From a virus (lineage: Duplodnaviria > Caudoviricetes): a stretch of 64,000 nucleotides of DNA. This document shows, one piece after another, positions 17,679 through 27,202 of the stretch (its first letter is position 1; each line of letters opens with the position of its first letter). The notes under the pieces are model-generated. The model had not been told where the DNA came from. It was given only the letters and a program-made list of their open reading frames with translations, and made no database searches. The stretch lies in IMG/VR virus record IMGVR_UViG_3300044719_000048, positions 1-64,000 of that record. One strand, given 5' to 3'. A program made the position numbers and the translations under genes.

Positions 17679-18380
17679 ATGTTTCTTTCATCGCGCCTAC
17701 AAGGTGTTAACCGTGTTCCTCCGGGCCCGAGTGATCCGTATTTCAGCAGTGTTACTCTTCTGCTTCTTATGGACAGCCTCCCCTTCTCAGACCTTAAAGG
17801 CAACACTATCAATAACCTTAATACCACTCTTACTACTACCTCTACTAAATTCACCGGAGCTGCTGTATTCAATGGTGTTGACACCGTATTGCGGTCTGCC
17901 GGTAGTACTCCGTTGTCTATGGGTACAGGAGACTTCACTCAAGAGGCTTGGATAAAGATTGGATCCTATCCGGCATCCCAGTGCATTGTGTGGACTAATG
18001 CGCCAGCTACAGGAACCGGATTTAGTAACACCACGATAGGCCTGAACTTAATGTCCAGCGGTATCGTGCGAGTTCAAAGCTCTTACACCGTATTCCTGAC
18101 AGGTAGCACTGTGATTCCGCTCAACACCTGGACTCACGTAACATTCACTCGGTCAGGATCAACGATGAGGTTGTTTATCAACGGGGTGTTGGATGCTTCT
18201 GCTACGGTAGCAAATAATTTCTCGGACACCACTGACTTTCTAATGGGCAAGGAGGCTTATAACACGAACAACACAGGTGCAACGTTCAACGGCCAGATAG
18301 ATGAACTTCGTGTAACCAAAGGTGTTGCGCGGTACACGGCGAACTTCACTCCGTCTGACGCACCTTTCCCTAGCAGATAG
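17679..18380 (+). CDS. LamG/concanavalin A-like lectin domain protein (paralogue of 14646)
   Basis: DPYFSSVTLLL, GTGDFTQEAW, IDELRVTKGVARYTANF; visibly AT-richer codons. Confidence 0.85.
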   Translation: MFLSSRLQGVNRVPPGPSDPYFSSVTLLLLMDSLPFSDLKGNTINNLNTTLTTTSTKFTGAAVFNGVDTVLRSAGSTPLSMGTGDFTQEAWIKIGSYPASQCIVWTNAPATGTGFSNTTIGLNLMSSGIVRVQSSYTVFLTGSTVIPLNTWTHVTFTRSGSTMRLFINGVLDASATVANNFSDTTDFLMGKEAYNTNNTGATFNGQIDELRVTKGVARYTANFTPSDAPFPSR

Positions 18381-18443
18381 TTGTGGCACACAAAGATCCA
18401 GCAAGGCCTTCTACAACAAGTCCTGAAAGATCAGAGGCAATCT

Positions 18444-18935
18444 ATGACACTCTCAAATACATTGGGCAATATGGGTGAATTAACCTTAGGTCAGATTCTG
18501 CACCATCCTATGGACATACCAATGTTCCCACTCGTGTTGTTCGCTCTAGCCGTGATGTTTGTCCTCATCATGATTTATATGCAACTCAAGCACGATCCTC
18601 TCGACCTACGGTGGCTGATATTGGATCGACCGCATCGACCGTCCTTGACGAAGGTCGCCCAGATTGTGGCCCTTGCGGTCTCTACTTGGGGCTTCGTTGT
18701 TCTGACGTTGAGCAACAACTTGTCGGAGACGTACTTCATGGCATATATGACTGTCTGGAGTGGTTCGGCTGCGTTGGATGCCTATTTCAACAAGGGCGCC
18801 CGTGGTGCCCAGCGGCGCACTGATCCGACACCTCCGGACACCACTGAACCCGCAGATCAACCTGCTCCTGGTCCTCAGGTAAATACTAGGCAGGAAGATC
18901 ACCCCTCCAATCCGTACGATTCCGACCGGGGCTGA
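18444..18935 (+). CDS. membrane protein, holin-like
   Basis: GAGG RBS; three hydrophobic segments and a charged Pro-rich tail. Confidence 0.55.
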   Translation: MTLSNTLGNMGELTLGQILHHPMDIPMFPLVLFALAVMFVLIMIYMQLKHDPLDLRWLILDRPHRPSLTKVAQIVALAVSTWGFVVLTLSNNLSETYFMAYMTVWSGSAALDAYFNKGARGAQRRTDPTPPDTTEPADQPAPGPQVNTRQEDHPSNPYDSDRG

Positions 18936-18936
18936 T

Positions 18937-19266
18937 ATGCAGCTCAACAGGAAGGCAGTCGTACGCAAGGCCGCGTCGTTTCGCCGTACTGCCTCAGGGG
19001 TCACGAAGATCCGGAGAGACGGTTACTCGACGGTTAGCGGCTTCTCTAAGACCTCAGAGTGGTGGATCATTTCAGCACAGGTTCGCAAGCGGTCTAAAGG
19101 CTGCTGCGAAGCCTGCCTGCGAGCGGGCAAAACGGTCAAAGGCAAGGAGGTCCACCACATCCGTAAGCTCTCGGATGGTGGACGCACCGTGTTGAGCAAT
19201 CTCATTCATCTGTGCGGGGACTGCCACAACAAGCGCCACAATCATTTGTATAGGAGTCGCCGATGA
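18937..19266 (+). CDS. HNH endonuclease
   Basis: CEAC...EVHHI...GG...NLIHLCGDCHNKRH. Confidence 0.9.
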   Translation: MQLNRKAVVRKAASFRRTASGVTKIRRDGYSTVSGFSKTSEWWIISAQVRKRSKGCCEACLRAGKTVKGKEVHHIRKLSDGGRTVLSNLIHLCGDCHNKRHNHLYRSRR

Positions 19267-19469
19267 AGGTCTGCGCAACACAGCGCCTGCTCTCCCAGAA
19301 GACCACTGTGGAGAAGATCACGCACTACACCAAGATGCTGCATCGTGTTAAGCATCGTTTGCTGCAACTGGACCATGACCGCCAGCCCAAAACCACTCAG
19401 CGTTATCTGGCGTGGGCTGTGCGTCTCGAGAAACGACTCGCCAAGCTCAAATCACTCCATCGTCACTGA
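19263..19469 (+). CDS. tagged small basic protein
   Basis: AGGAG RBS; MKVCATQRLLS. Confidence 0.7.
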   Translation: MKVCATQRLLSQKTTVEKITHYTKMLHRVKHRLLQLDHDRQPKTTQRYLAWAVRLEKRLAKLKSLHRH

Positions 19470-19479
19470 AAGGCCAATC

Positions 19480-20052
19480 ATGGAAGAAGCACTGCAAGAA
19501 CTCATCGCCCTGTTCCTGAAGATCAACCCGCAGCCGTCGGATCAACAGTTCCATGCTCTGGCTGAGGCCATAGGAGTGGACAAGGAGACGCTGGAGAGCT
19601 TGGCTTACGGCATGCTCGCCGACGCCGAAGATCTTCTGGAAGACCCCACTGAGGCCTCTTCCACCCACGAAGGCAACGACAGTCCGATCTTGCGCCGTGA
19701 TGCTACAGTCTTCTCGACCTCTCCCTCTACGAGCCTGAGCTACGGCGACAGTGAAGAAGGTGGCGATACGCACATAGACAACGAGACAGTGGCTATGATC
19801 CATCGCATCAATGCCTCTGCCCGGCTGCGTGCCGATTCGCAAGAGGTTCTCGACGATCCCACAATCGATCCTGACGACCTGAGCCTGTCTGACGTTGCGT
19901 TGAACGACGGTGATCCGACCGATGACGACCTGGGCCAGCAGCAGGAGACGCTGGACGATGGATATACGCAAGACGACGTGGGTGTTGGTCTGACCAACAA
20001 CGCCAACGACGTTCTGACCGATGACGGCGTTCCCGACATCTCCTTCAACTAA
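19480..20052 (+). CDS. acidic protein with internal tag
   Basis: AAGG RBS before MEEALQ; internal HRINASARLRA; Asp-rich C-terminus. Confidence 0.75.
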   Translation: MEEALQELIALFLKINPQPSDQQFHALAEAIGVDKETLESLAYGMLADAEDLLEDPTEASSTHEGNDSPILRRDATVFSTSPSTSLSYGDSEEGGDTHIDNETVAMIHRINASARLRADSQEVLDDPTIDPDDLSLSDVALNDGDPTDDDLGQQQETLDDGYTQDDVGVGLTNNANDVLTDDGVPDISFN

Positions 20053-20068
20053 GTTGAGCAAGTAAATA

Positions 20069-20100
20069 AGGGAATCTCCTGCATGGAGATTCCCTATTTT
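20069..20100 (+). terminator. intrinsic terminator
   Basis: AGGGAATCTCC/GGAGATTCCCT stem followed by ATTTT. Confidence 0.8.
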
Positions 20101-20119
20101 CGTTTGTAGACGCTTTCTG

Positions 20120-20129
20120 CAATTTCATG
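20120..20129 (+). promoter_or_regulatory. AATTTNA-class putative late promoter
   Basis: CAATTTCATG upstream of the SNF2 gene. Confidence 0.55.
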
Positions 20130-20158
20130 GTTGATTCAAACCACAACAAGGAAATCCT

Positions 20159-23100
20159 ATGACAACTCAGTTGCGCTCTACGACCAACCTGGTCGTGCCG
20201 GAGCATCTGCAGCTGCCGAAGAAGGAACTGAAATCGAAGTTCCTCTACGTCTACTCGGCAGCATATCCGGGTCTCGAGCCCGTGTTCATGCAGCGTCTCT
20301 GGCTGTCCGCCTTCTTCCCTGAGATCACGAACGATCCGTCGTTCGGCAAGGATCGCAAGGGCGTTCGACAGTTCGTGCAGTTCGCCGAGAAGTACATGAA
20401 GGCCGGGCTGATCAAGATCAAGAAAGTCAACGATCCGGGCGACCAGCATTTCGTGGTCGCTGTTCCGCTGGCTGAGTTCAGCCGTTACGACGTGGCTGAT
20501 TATGTCCGCAAGCTGCGCCTGTGGTTCACCAACGGCAAAGGCGACGAGCCCGAGGCCGCTACCAATGCCATCGCCGAAGAGCTGAAGCGTTCGTCGGAAG
20601 CCAACGAAGTCCAGCAGAAGCAGATCATGGCCTCCGAAGTCATTCCGCGTCTGAATCTGGATGCACGTGGTCAGCTGGAGTTGAAGGAATGCTTCTTCGG
20701 CCTGCGCCTGCAGTACTCTGGCGGACTGGCTGTCGTGTTCGCCGACTTCAAGATCTCGAAGGCTGAAGCACAGCAGCTGACCACGACGGAGTGGATGCTG
20801 ATCCGCAACATCGACATGTACCCGCTGCTGTTGCAGTGGCAGGTGTCGCTGTGGGGCTACCGTCACAACGCCCCGGTGACGTCGTTCCCGATGTCGAAGA
20901 TCAGTAAGACCTTGCCGCCGGTTCTTCCGGGTCAGGCACGCGTCAACGAATATGGTTTGTCCATTGCACCAGACGGTGCGCCCATGTGGCTGCCGGAGAA
21001 GCTGGACAACACCACTCGCTACGAAGACCTGTACGCCCAGATCGGCGATCGAGGCGACGACACGTTCGGGCTCATCGATATGGTGAGTGCAGGCACTGCA
21101 GTGGCTACGGGGCAGGAGCTGAAGGTCAAGCTCCCGGCCAACATTCCAGTCCTCATCGATTGGGTGAACAATCGATTCGCCTACACGATGGGTAACGGCG
21201 TCCTGAAGGTGCAAGACCTGTCGCGCTTCAAGGCCGCAGACGCTGCGCACGCACGCAACCTGCTGAGTCACTGGAGTCTGACGGACGATCACGTGAAGAT
21301 GTTTGCCTCCATGGGTGAAACGGCAGGCGTGAAAAACGCGCTGTTCTTCACCGAGGAGGAAGCGAAGGCCATCCAGGAGAACGATCCAGTGGTGGCTGGA
21401 CGTTTGGTGATCTCTGGCGGCATCGAGGTAATGGAGTACTGGGACATGGCTGTGTCCTATCACAAGCGGTTCGTCAACGAGCACAAGTTCGTGCTGTCTG
21501 ATGTATCCATCGAAGGTGATCCTATCTGGCGTCCTCTTGCGAGGTTCATCGACCAGGTGCAGGCTGCCGTGATCGCCAACATGGACGCCGTCAACTACAA
21601 GTACAGCGTTTCGGGCACGTCTTCGCGCTTGGGTCTGATGACGCTGATCTCGAAGTACAGCAACGATCTGGCCAACACGATTGCGAAGGCCAACAGCCTA
21701 TGCGCCGCCGCACAGAACCAGCGAGTTGATCCTACCTGGACGCCGCCGTCGATACCGCTGATCATGAACAACCCGGATCGACCGTTCAGTCTGTTGCCGC
21801 ACCAAGTGAAGGTCCGCAACCTGCTGAAGGACTCTCCGGACTTCGCGATCCTGCCGGTCCAAGCGGGTGGCGGTAAGACGCCGCTGGCCATCATCGACGT
21901 CCTGACCGAAATCAAGGCCAACCGCAGCCAACCTTACCTCATCATGTGCCCGTCCGCGCTAGTGGCGCAGTACGTGAAAGAGGTGACGTACTTCACCGGC
22001 GGCAAGGTCAACGTCATCCCGATCGTTTCGGACGTGCTGTTCCGCAACGGTCAGGAGCGCCTGACTCAGATGATCGCTTCCGCTCCGCGCAATACCGTTG
22101 TAGTGGTCAACTACGACGTGCTGCGCAATCAGGCTTACGACGTGTGCTACGGCACTACCAACGTCAAGGTCTATCCGGTCATCGAGTTCCTGCGCCAATT
22201 CAACTTCGGGTACGCTCTGCTGGACGAGTCGCACTTCATGAAGAACGATTCGCAGCGTACGCGGGCTGCAATGGTGCTGATCGCTGACATTCCGAAGAAG
22301 CGTCTGGCTAGTGGTACGATGGCGCACGATTCGCCGTCTGACTTGGCGCTGCAGGTGGCCATGCTGGACCCCACACTGTTCGGATCTCGCGACGAGTTCA
22401 ACGAGCGCTTCGGTAAGAACGTGCAGGGAGGTCGCGTCATCGAATGGAAGCCCGGAGCGCAGCAAGATATTATGCGCATGATCAAGTCGCGCATCGTCGT
22501 GGCAAAGGCCATGCGTAAGGAGTGGGCTGCTCTGCTGCCTCAGGCTGAGGAGAAGATCCACCCGGCTGAAATGACAGACGCCCAGCGTTCGGTCTACCAG
22601 GCGATTTTGACCGAGGCTTTGGATAAGATGCGTGAAGACGCCAAGTCGAATCCGAAGTTGAAGAAATTCTTCGAGAACTCTCCGCTGATGTTGGAGCGCC
22701 CTCAGAAGGATGGTGACGAGGGCGCGAACGAAGATGCTGATGAGGAAGCCGAAGACGTGGCCGACGAGTCGGCAGGTGAAGATCTCGAAAGTCTGCTGGG
22801 CTTCTATCTGGCGCGTATCGAGCAGTTCCTGACCGCACCGGGCAAGGACGAGTTGGGCGCGCGGGTCCTCCAAGGTGCAGATCTGCGATCCAACAAAGTC
22901 AACAAGATTCTGGAGATCGTCGAGAAGCACATCAAAGATGGTATCGAAGGCAAGGTCCTGATCTTCACCAACTACATCGAGTCGGCCGAAGAGATCTTCG
23001 ACGCGGCTTCATCTGAGTTGAAGAAGTCGGGTATCCTGTACACGGCGGCCAACAAGGTTGAAGACGGTGCAGCGTTCGAGACCAACGCCAACAAGAAGTG

Positions 23101-24754
23101 GATGGTAGGCGTCGAGAACTCGATGAACACTGGTCTGAACTTCCAGCACGTTAGCCGCCTGATTCGCGTGGAGAACGTGTGGAACCCGGGTACGCTGGAG
23201 CAAGGTAACTCGCGGATCAACCGTCCGGAGATGAAGAAGGCTGATCGTCGTAAGACCATCTACTACGATTGGATCGTCACCAACAATTCGGTGGACGTGA
23301 CGAAGGTCTCCCGTCTGATCTCGAAGATCATTGCAGTCGCGAAATTCGAGAACACGGACAATCCGGCATATGAGGCTCTGCCTGACGTGCCGGTGATTCC
23401 GATGAATGCCGAATCCATCGAGATGCGTAACTCGTGGAGCGATTTGGCCGAATACGCGGAAGCCTATAGGAAACACAACCAGGTCAAGTTCGACGATTAC
23501 GAGGAATATCGACGCAAGCACGGCGATTTGACGCTGACTCCGTTACGCGAGGCTCCGATTCCGAAGGACGCCGCTCTGATGGCAGAGGTTCCGTACGTCG
23601 CCGGTCTGGAGCTGTTCAACGGTGCCGAGCAAGGCCTGATTCGTGTGGACGAGTATCTGCGCCAGAACGCGTCTGACGAGGAAGTGGCTGCACCGGAAGG
23701 CGATGACGACGAGGCAGCAGCCAAGTCGGCAGAGCAGAAGCGTCGTCTGGAGCTGGCGAATTCCTTGAAAGGTCAGCCGGTTCACACTGAGTTCGGTGAT
23801 GGTATCGTGAAGTCAGTGGCCTTCACATCGAAGTTGCTGAACGTGCTGCTGCCGGAAGGGTACATGATTCGAGTTCGCTTCAGCGCGGCTTTCGTCATCA
23901 CCAAGAAGGCGCAGAAGGGCAAGACCATCCGTCAGCAGATTCTGGCTGCGGTGTCCAACAAGATGCCGATCACCGAACCTGTAGAGGCCAAGTCGCCGCG
24001 TCTTCGTATCGACAACGCTGCAGTTCGTCGTGCAGAGAAGCAGAAGGAAGAACAGGTCAAAGAGGAGAAGAAACAGCAGAAGACGCGCGAGGTCGAGGCC
24101 GCCCTCAACGTCGAGCTTTACTTCAACGTTTCCAACGGCTTCCTGAGCATCGTGCACTACCCAGAAGAAGGTTCCGAAGCAACGTCTGCTCTGCAGGCAT
24201 TGGGCTTCCGTCCGGTAGAGCCGTACGTGTTTGCCGAAGTCCACAACGCGCAGCAGCTGATCAAGCAGTTCAACGCATGGCACGCCAAAGGCTTCCGCTT
24301 CGAGAAGAACTTCATGAAGACGGGTGCTGTTGAGGCTATCCGTGATCTGGCGAACGTGCTGAAGAACGGCGCGCTGAAGAGTGGTACGATCAATTACCGC
24401 TTCTCCTCGCGCAATCAGCTGCAGAACTTCTTCCGCATGGAGATCAAACCCTCGGCATCGAAGACGGACTTCAAGCCCTACCCAATGATCGAAGACGGTC
24501 ATGCCTACATCGTGATGCACCTGCGCGGTCAGCCGGCCACTCAGGAGGCGATGAAGGTCAAGTCGCCTGGCATCCGCTGGCAGAAGTCGGCAACATGCTA
24601 CGCGTACTATGGTTTGAACGTCGACAAGATCAGCGCGAAGATGCGTGAGATTCTTGCCTCTGGTATTCAGGTCTCGAACATCAAAGACCTGCAGACCGAA
24701 TTCAAGAAGATCAAGAAGATGAAGATTCGCAACGAAGAAGTAGGGGATCAGTAA
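20159..24754 (+). CDS. large SNF2-family (SF2) ATPase/helicase
   Basis: LLPHQ, AGGGKT Walker A, LLDESH, ASGT, NTGLNF, WNPGTLEQGNSRINR. Confidence 0.9.
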   Translation: MTTQLRSTTNLVVPEHLQLPKKELKSKFLYVYSAAYPGLEPVFMQRLWLSAFFPEITNDPSFGKDRKGVRQFVQFAEKYMKAGLIKIKKVNDPGDQHFVVAVPLAEFSRYDVADYVRKLRLWFTNGKGDEPEAATNAIAEELKRSSEANEVQQKQIMASEVIPRLNLDARGQLELKECFFGLRLQYSGGLAVVFADFKISKAEAQQLTTTEWMLIRNIDMYPLLLQWQVSLWGYRHNAPVTSFPMSKISKTLPPVLPGQARVNEYGLSIAPDGAPMWLPEKLDNTTRYEDLYAQIGDRGDDTFGLIDMVSAGTAVATGQELKVKLPANIPVLIDWVNNRFAYTMGNGVLKVQDLSRFKAADAAHARNLLSHWSLTDDHVKMFASMGETAGVKNALFFTEEEAKAIQENDPVVAGRLVISGGIEVMEYWDMAVSYHKRFVNEHKFVLSDVSIEGDPIWRPLARFIDQVQAAVIANMDAVNYKYSVSGTSSRLGLMTLISKYSNDLANTIAKANSLCAAAQNQRVDPTWTPPSIPLIMNNPDRPFSLLPHQVKVRNLLKDSPDFAILPVQAGGGKTPLAIIDVLTEIKANRSQPYLIMCPSALVAQYVKEVTYFTGGKVNVIPIVSDVLFRNGQERLTQMIASAPRNTVVVVNYDVLRNQAYDVCYGTTNVKVYPVIEFLRQFNFGYALLDESHFMKNDSQRTRAAMVLIADIPKKRLASGTMAHDSPSDLALQVAMLDPTLFGSRDEFNERFGKNVQGGRVIEWKPGAQQDIMRMIKSRIVVAKAMRKEWAALLPQAEEKIHPAEMTDAQRSVYQAILTEALDKMREDAKSNPKLKKFFENSPLMLERPQKDGDEGANEDADEEAEDVADESAGEDLESLLGFYLARIEQFLTAPGKDELGARVLQGADLRSNKVNKILEIVEKHIKDGIEGKVLIFTNYIESAEEIFDAASSELKKSGILYTAANKVEDGAAFETNANKKWMVGVENSMNTGLNFQHVSRLIRVENVWNPGTLEQGNSRINRPEMKKADRRKTIYYDWIVTNNSVDVTKVSRLISKIIAVAKFENTDNPAYEALPDVPVIPMNAESIEMRNSWSDLAEYAEAYRKHNQVKFDDYEEYRRKHGDLTLTPLREAPIPKDAALMAEVPYVAGLELFNGAEQGLIRVDEYLRQNASDEEVAAPEGDDDEAAAKSAEQKRRLELANSLKGQPVHTEFGDGIVKSVAFTSKLLNVLLPEGYMIRVRFSAAFVITKKAQKGKTIRQQILAAVSNKMPITEPVEAKSPRLRIDNAAVRRAEKQKEEQVKEEKKQQKTREVEAALNVELYFNVSNGFLSIVHYPEEGSEATSALQALGFRPVEPYVFAEVHNAQQLIKQFNAWHAKGFRFEKNFMKTGAVEAIRDLANVLKNGALKSGTINYRFSSRNQLQNFFRMEIKPSASKTDFKPYPMIEDGHAYIVMHLRGQPATQEAMKVKSPGIRWQKSATCYAYYGLNVDKISAKMREILASGIQVSNIKDLQTEFKKIKKMKIRNEEVGDQ

Positions 24755-24763
24755 TCCCACTCG

Positions 24764-24798
24764 AGCCCGGTCGCCCTCTCAAGGTGATCGGGCTTTTT
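24764..24798 (+). terminator. intrinsic terminator
   Basis: AGCCCGGTCGCC/GGTGATCGGGCT stem followed by TTTT. Confidence 0.75.
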
Positions 24799-24823
24799 CA
24801 CCTCAGTACGTTCTCGCTTTACG

Positions 24824-24833
24824 CAATTTGATG
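24824..24833 (+). promoter_or_regulatory. AATTTNA-class putative late promoter of the head operon
   Basis: CAATTTGATG before AAGGAGG RBS. Confidence 0.5.
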
Positions 24834-24853
24834 CTTTCAACAAGGAGGATCTC

Positions 24854-25426
24854 ATGTACGAAAAACTCAAACAAATCATGCGCGAGGCAGGCTACGCGGT
24901 TTCGGAAGGTGCCGAATGGCTCGCTACCGATATGCAGCACTTCGCGACTTTTTCGCGCCACGTGCTGGGTTCGACCACCACGCACCTGAATCACGTGCTG
25001 GCCTACCCAGAAGCCTTCCCGCACATGATGGCAAAGGCTTCGGAGCTGGCCCAGGGCGTGGTGTCCAAGGTAGAGGAACTGGTGGAGGACGTTGCCCAAG
25101 TGTTCGAGGCTCCTACCGCCACCCAAATGAGTGCTCCTGCAGAACCGGCTCCGGTTGCTGAACCCACTCCGCTCACCCCGCCTGCGGACACAAGTACGCT
25201 CGATGTCTCGGCTTCCGGCCAGACTGAAAAGCAAGACCTGAACCCAACCCCTGCCGCCGAACAGGCCGTTGACAATCAAGAGCAGCCTGCAGCCCAAGCT
25301 GAACAACCGCAAGACGCCACGGGCGATGCCGTGAAGACCGGCGACGAGAGCACCGAGCCGCCTGCTCATGAAGACGCCGAGAAGCCGGTCGCCGACCAAC
25401 CTACCGAAGGTCAATCGCAGGAGTAA
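24854..25426 (+). CDS. hypothetical protein with acidic Pro/Ala-rich tail
   Basis: AAGGAGG RBS; low-complexity C-terminal half. Confidence 0.8.
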   Translation: MYEKLKQIMREAGYAVSEGAEWLATDMQHFATFSRHVLGSTTTHLNHVLAYPEAFPHMMAKASELAQGVVSKVEELVEDVAQVFEAPTATQMSAPAEPAPVAEPTPLTPPADTSTLDVSASGQTEKQDLNPTPAAEQAVDNQEQPAAQAEQPQDATGDAVKTGDESTEPPAHEDAEKPVADQPTEGQSQE

Positions 25427-25429
25427 TAA

Positions 25430-25825
25430 ATGACGAACCCTATCTTCCAAGGTAACCACCACGCTGGTTACAAAGGACATGGCATCACCGGCACGGGCAA
25501 TGAACGCCTGACCGTGGAGATGGGATGGGGTACCGTGGCAGGTAAATCCGGGGACGTGGCGTACATTCAGCTGAGTTCGCTCGTCACCGGAGACATCAAC
25601 ATGGGCGTGTATTTCCAGTCTGAAGTTCCGGTGACTATCGACTACACGCTCTGTAACCCCGGTATCGCAATCTCTCCAGATCCTGACGACCAGGCAGCAA
25701 CTCTGTGGACAGGCGCGCAAGCCGTCCCAGGAGACGGCACGATAGTCACTGCTGCCCATCCGGTCTTCACTGTCATTCGCGTCACCTTCGGAGGTGACGG
25801 TTCGCTCTACGTAGGAGTACGATGA
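25430..25825 (+). CDS. hypothetical, probably virion beta-sandwich protein
   Basis: AGGAG RBS; head-operon context. Confidence 0.7.
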   Translation: MTNPIFQGNHHAGYKGHGITGTGNERLTVEMGWGTVAGKSGDVAYIQLSSLVTGDINMGVYFQSEVPVTIDYTLCNPGIAISPDPDDQAATLWTGAQAVPGDGTIVTAAHPVFTVIRVTFGGDGSLYVGVR

Positions 25826-26547
25826 TGGCCGACAAGCAGAAGTTGATCATCACTGCCCAAAGCGATACGGTAATGCCGCCGGAGTCCCAAGAGGCAGCGC
25901 AGGCCCTCCAGCATCTGGACTTCGCTACGTGGTTGCCCTACGCCGCGAAGCTCTATTGCATCGAGCCCGACATCCGGGCGTATGTACTGGCTACCATTCC
26001 GATTTGCCCGTCGGACATCCCGAACCGCAACGGCATCGGGTTCCCTCTCGCAGAGCTCCTCAAGTTTCAGCCGCCTCCGGTTGCCCGTCAGTCGTACAAG
26101 GCGTGGACGGGCTGCCCGATGCACTACGAGCACCGCAACGAAATCCATGAGGATGCTTACGGCGTGATCTTCGATACGGCCTTGCGCCCTATCAAAGGCT
26201 ACGGCGGCGGCAAGCTCTACAAGGTCATGGGCTTGGTCGGTATCGACCGCATCAAGTACCCGGAGATGGCAAGACGAGTCATGGAGGGCGACATCAACAC
26301 CTACTCGATGGGCGCCCTCGTCGATTCGTTCTCGTGTTCGTACTGCGGTGCGGAAGTCACGAAGAAATCGAGCTGCGGTCACATCGATCTGCGTCGCGAC
26401 ATCGACTGGAACGAGGTGCGCTCGTGGGACAACAAGCGCCACATCGCCTTCCGTAACGCTCACGGCATCCAGCCGATCGAGACTTCCCTTGTGGAGTCGC
26501 CGGCCTGGACCACCGCGCTGTCGGATGTCATCCACACGAAGGACTGA
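25822..26547 (+). CDS. prohead (capsid maturation) protease
   Basis: NRNGxGF, HYEH, YSMG catalytic Ser, CSYCG Zn insertion, ETSLVESPA; lies upstream of scaffold and capsid genes. Confidence 0.75.
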   Translation: MMADKQKLIITAQSDTVMPPESQEAAQALQHLDFATWLPYAAKLYCIEPDIRAYVLATIPICPSDIPNRNGIGFPLAELLKFQPPPVARQSYKAWTGCPMHYEHRNEIHEDAYGVIFDTALRPIKGYGGGKLYKVMGLVGIDRIKYPEMARRVMEGDINTYSMGALVDSFSCSYCGAEVTKKSSCGHIDLRRDIDWNEVRSWDNKRHIAFRNAHGIQPIETSLVESPAWTTALSDVIHTKD

Positions 26548-26549
26548 AA

Positions 26550-26852
26550 ATGAAAATCCAAGCAAGCCAGCGACTGCTGGCAACTAAAGCTAATCCTGAA
26601 CTCCTCCGCACCTACTTAGAGGAACTCGGGCTTTACAACTACTCGCGTATCCAGTCGAGCAACGGGTTCGTGTCGGTAGAACTCGACGGCGAAGAGTGGA
26701 ACACAGCGAAGGAAGCGTTGATGTCCAAGTTCGGCCGTCCTGCAAATCAGGCGGGCCTCGTCATGTTCTCGTGGCATGCAGGTAAAGGGCGTACTATTGT
26801 GCTCGACGCACTAAGCAAACCGTTCACGCTCGCGTTGATCGACGATAACTAG
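26550..26852 (+). CDS. tagged orphan family member 2
   Basis: MKIQASQRLLA; AKEALMSKFGRP. Confidence 0.8.
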   Translation: MKIQASQRLLATKANPELLRTYLEELGLYNYSRIQSSNGFVSVELDGEEWNTAKEALMSKFGRPANQAGLVMFSWHAGKGRTIVLDALSKPFTLALIDDN

Positions 26853-26861
26853 GAGCATGGA

Positions 26862-27194
26862 ATGAAAATCCAAATCAACGCCGCAACTCGTCTTCAGGCT
26901 GCCCAGGCCGACGAAAACATGGCGCGCACCTACCTGAAGTCGCTGGGTGTAGAAGTCGGGTCTATCGAAACGCGGAGCGACAACTACATCCAGTTCATGA
27001 TTCCGTACAAGGCCTTCGACCTTACGCGAAACCAGTTGACCAAGAAGTTAGGCCGTCCCCAGGTCCTGACGGAAGACAGCGGGATCACCCATCTGCGGTG
27101 GACCATTCGCGGCAAAGGCTTCGTCACCCTCTACAAGAACCAGTTCAATGAGGCCGATGTCGCCATCTCCAATGATCCGAAGCGCGCTCACTGA
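26862..27194 (+). CDS. tagged orphan family member 3
   Basis: MKIQINAATRLQA; TRNQLTKKLGRP. Confidence 0.8.
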   Translation: MKIQINAATRLQAAQADENMARTYLKSLGVEVGSIETRSDNYIQFMIPYKAFDLTRNQLTKKLGRPQVLTEDSGITHLRWTIRGKGFVTLYKNQFNEADVAISNDPKRAH

Positions 27195-27202
27195 GGACTG
27201 AA

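Noticed and set aside
11071-18380. Diversity-generating retroelement acting on fibres or lectins
   Set aside because: No reverse transcriptase in the window; repeat differences are synonymous rather than adenine-specific
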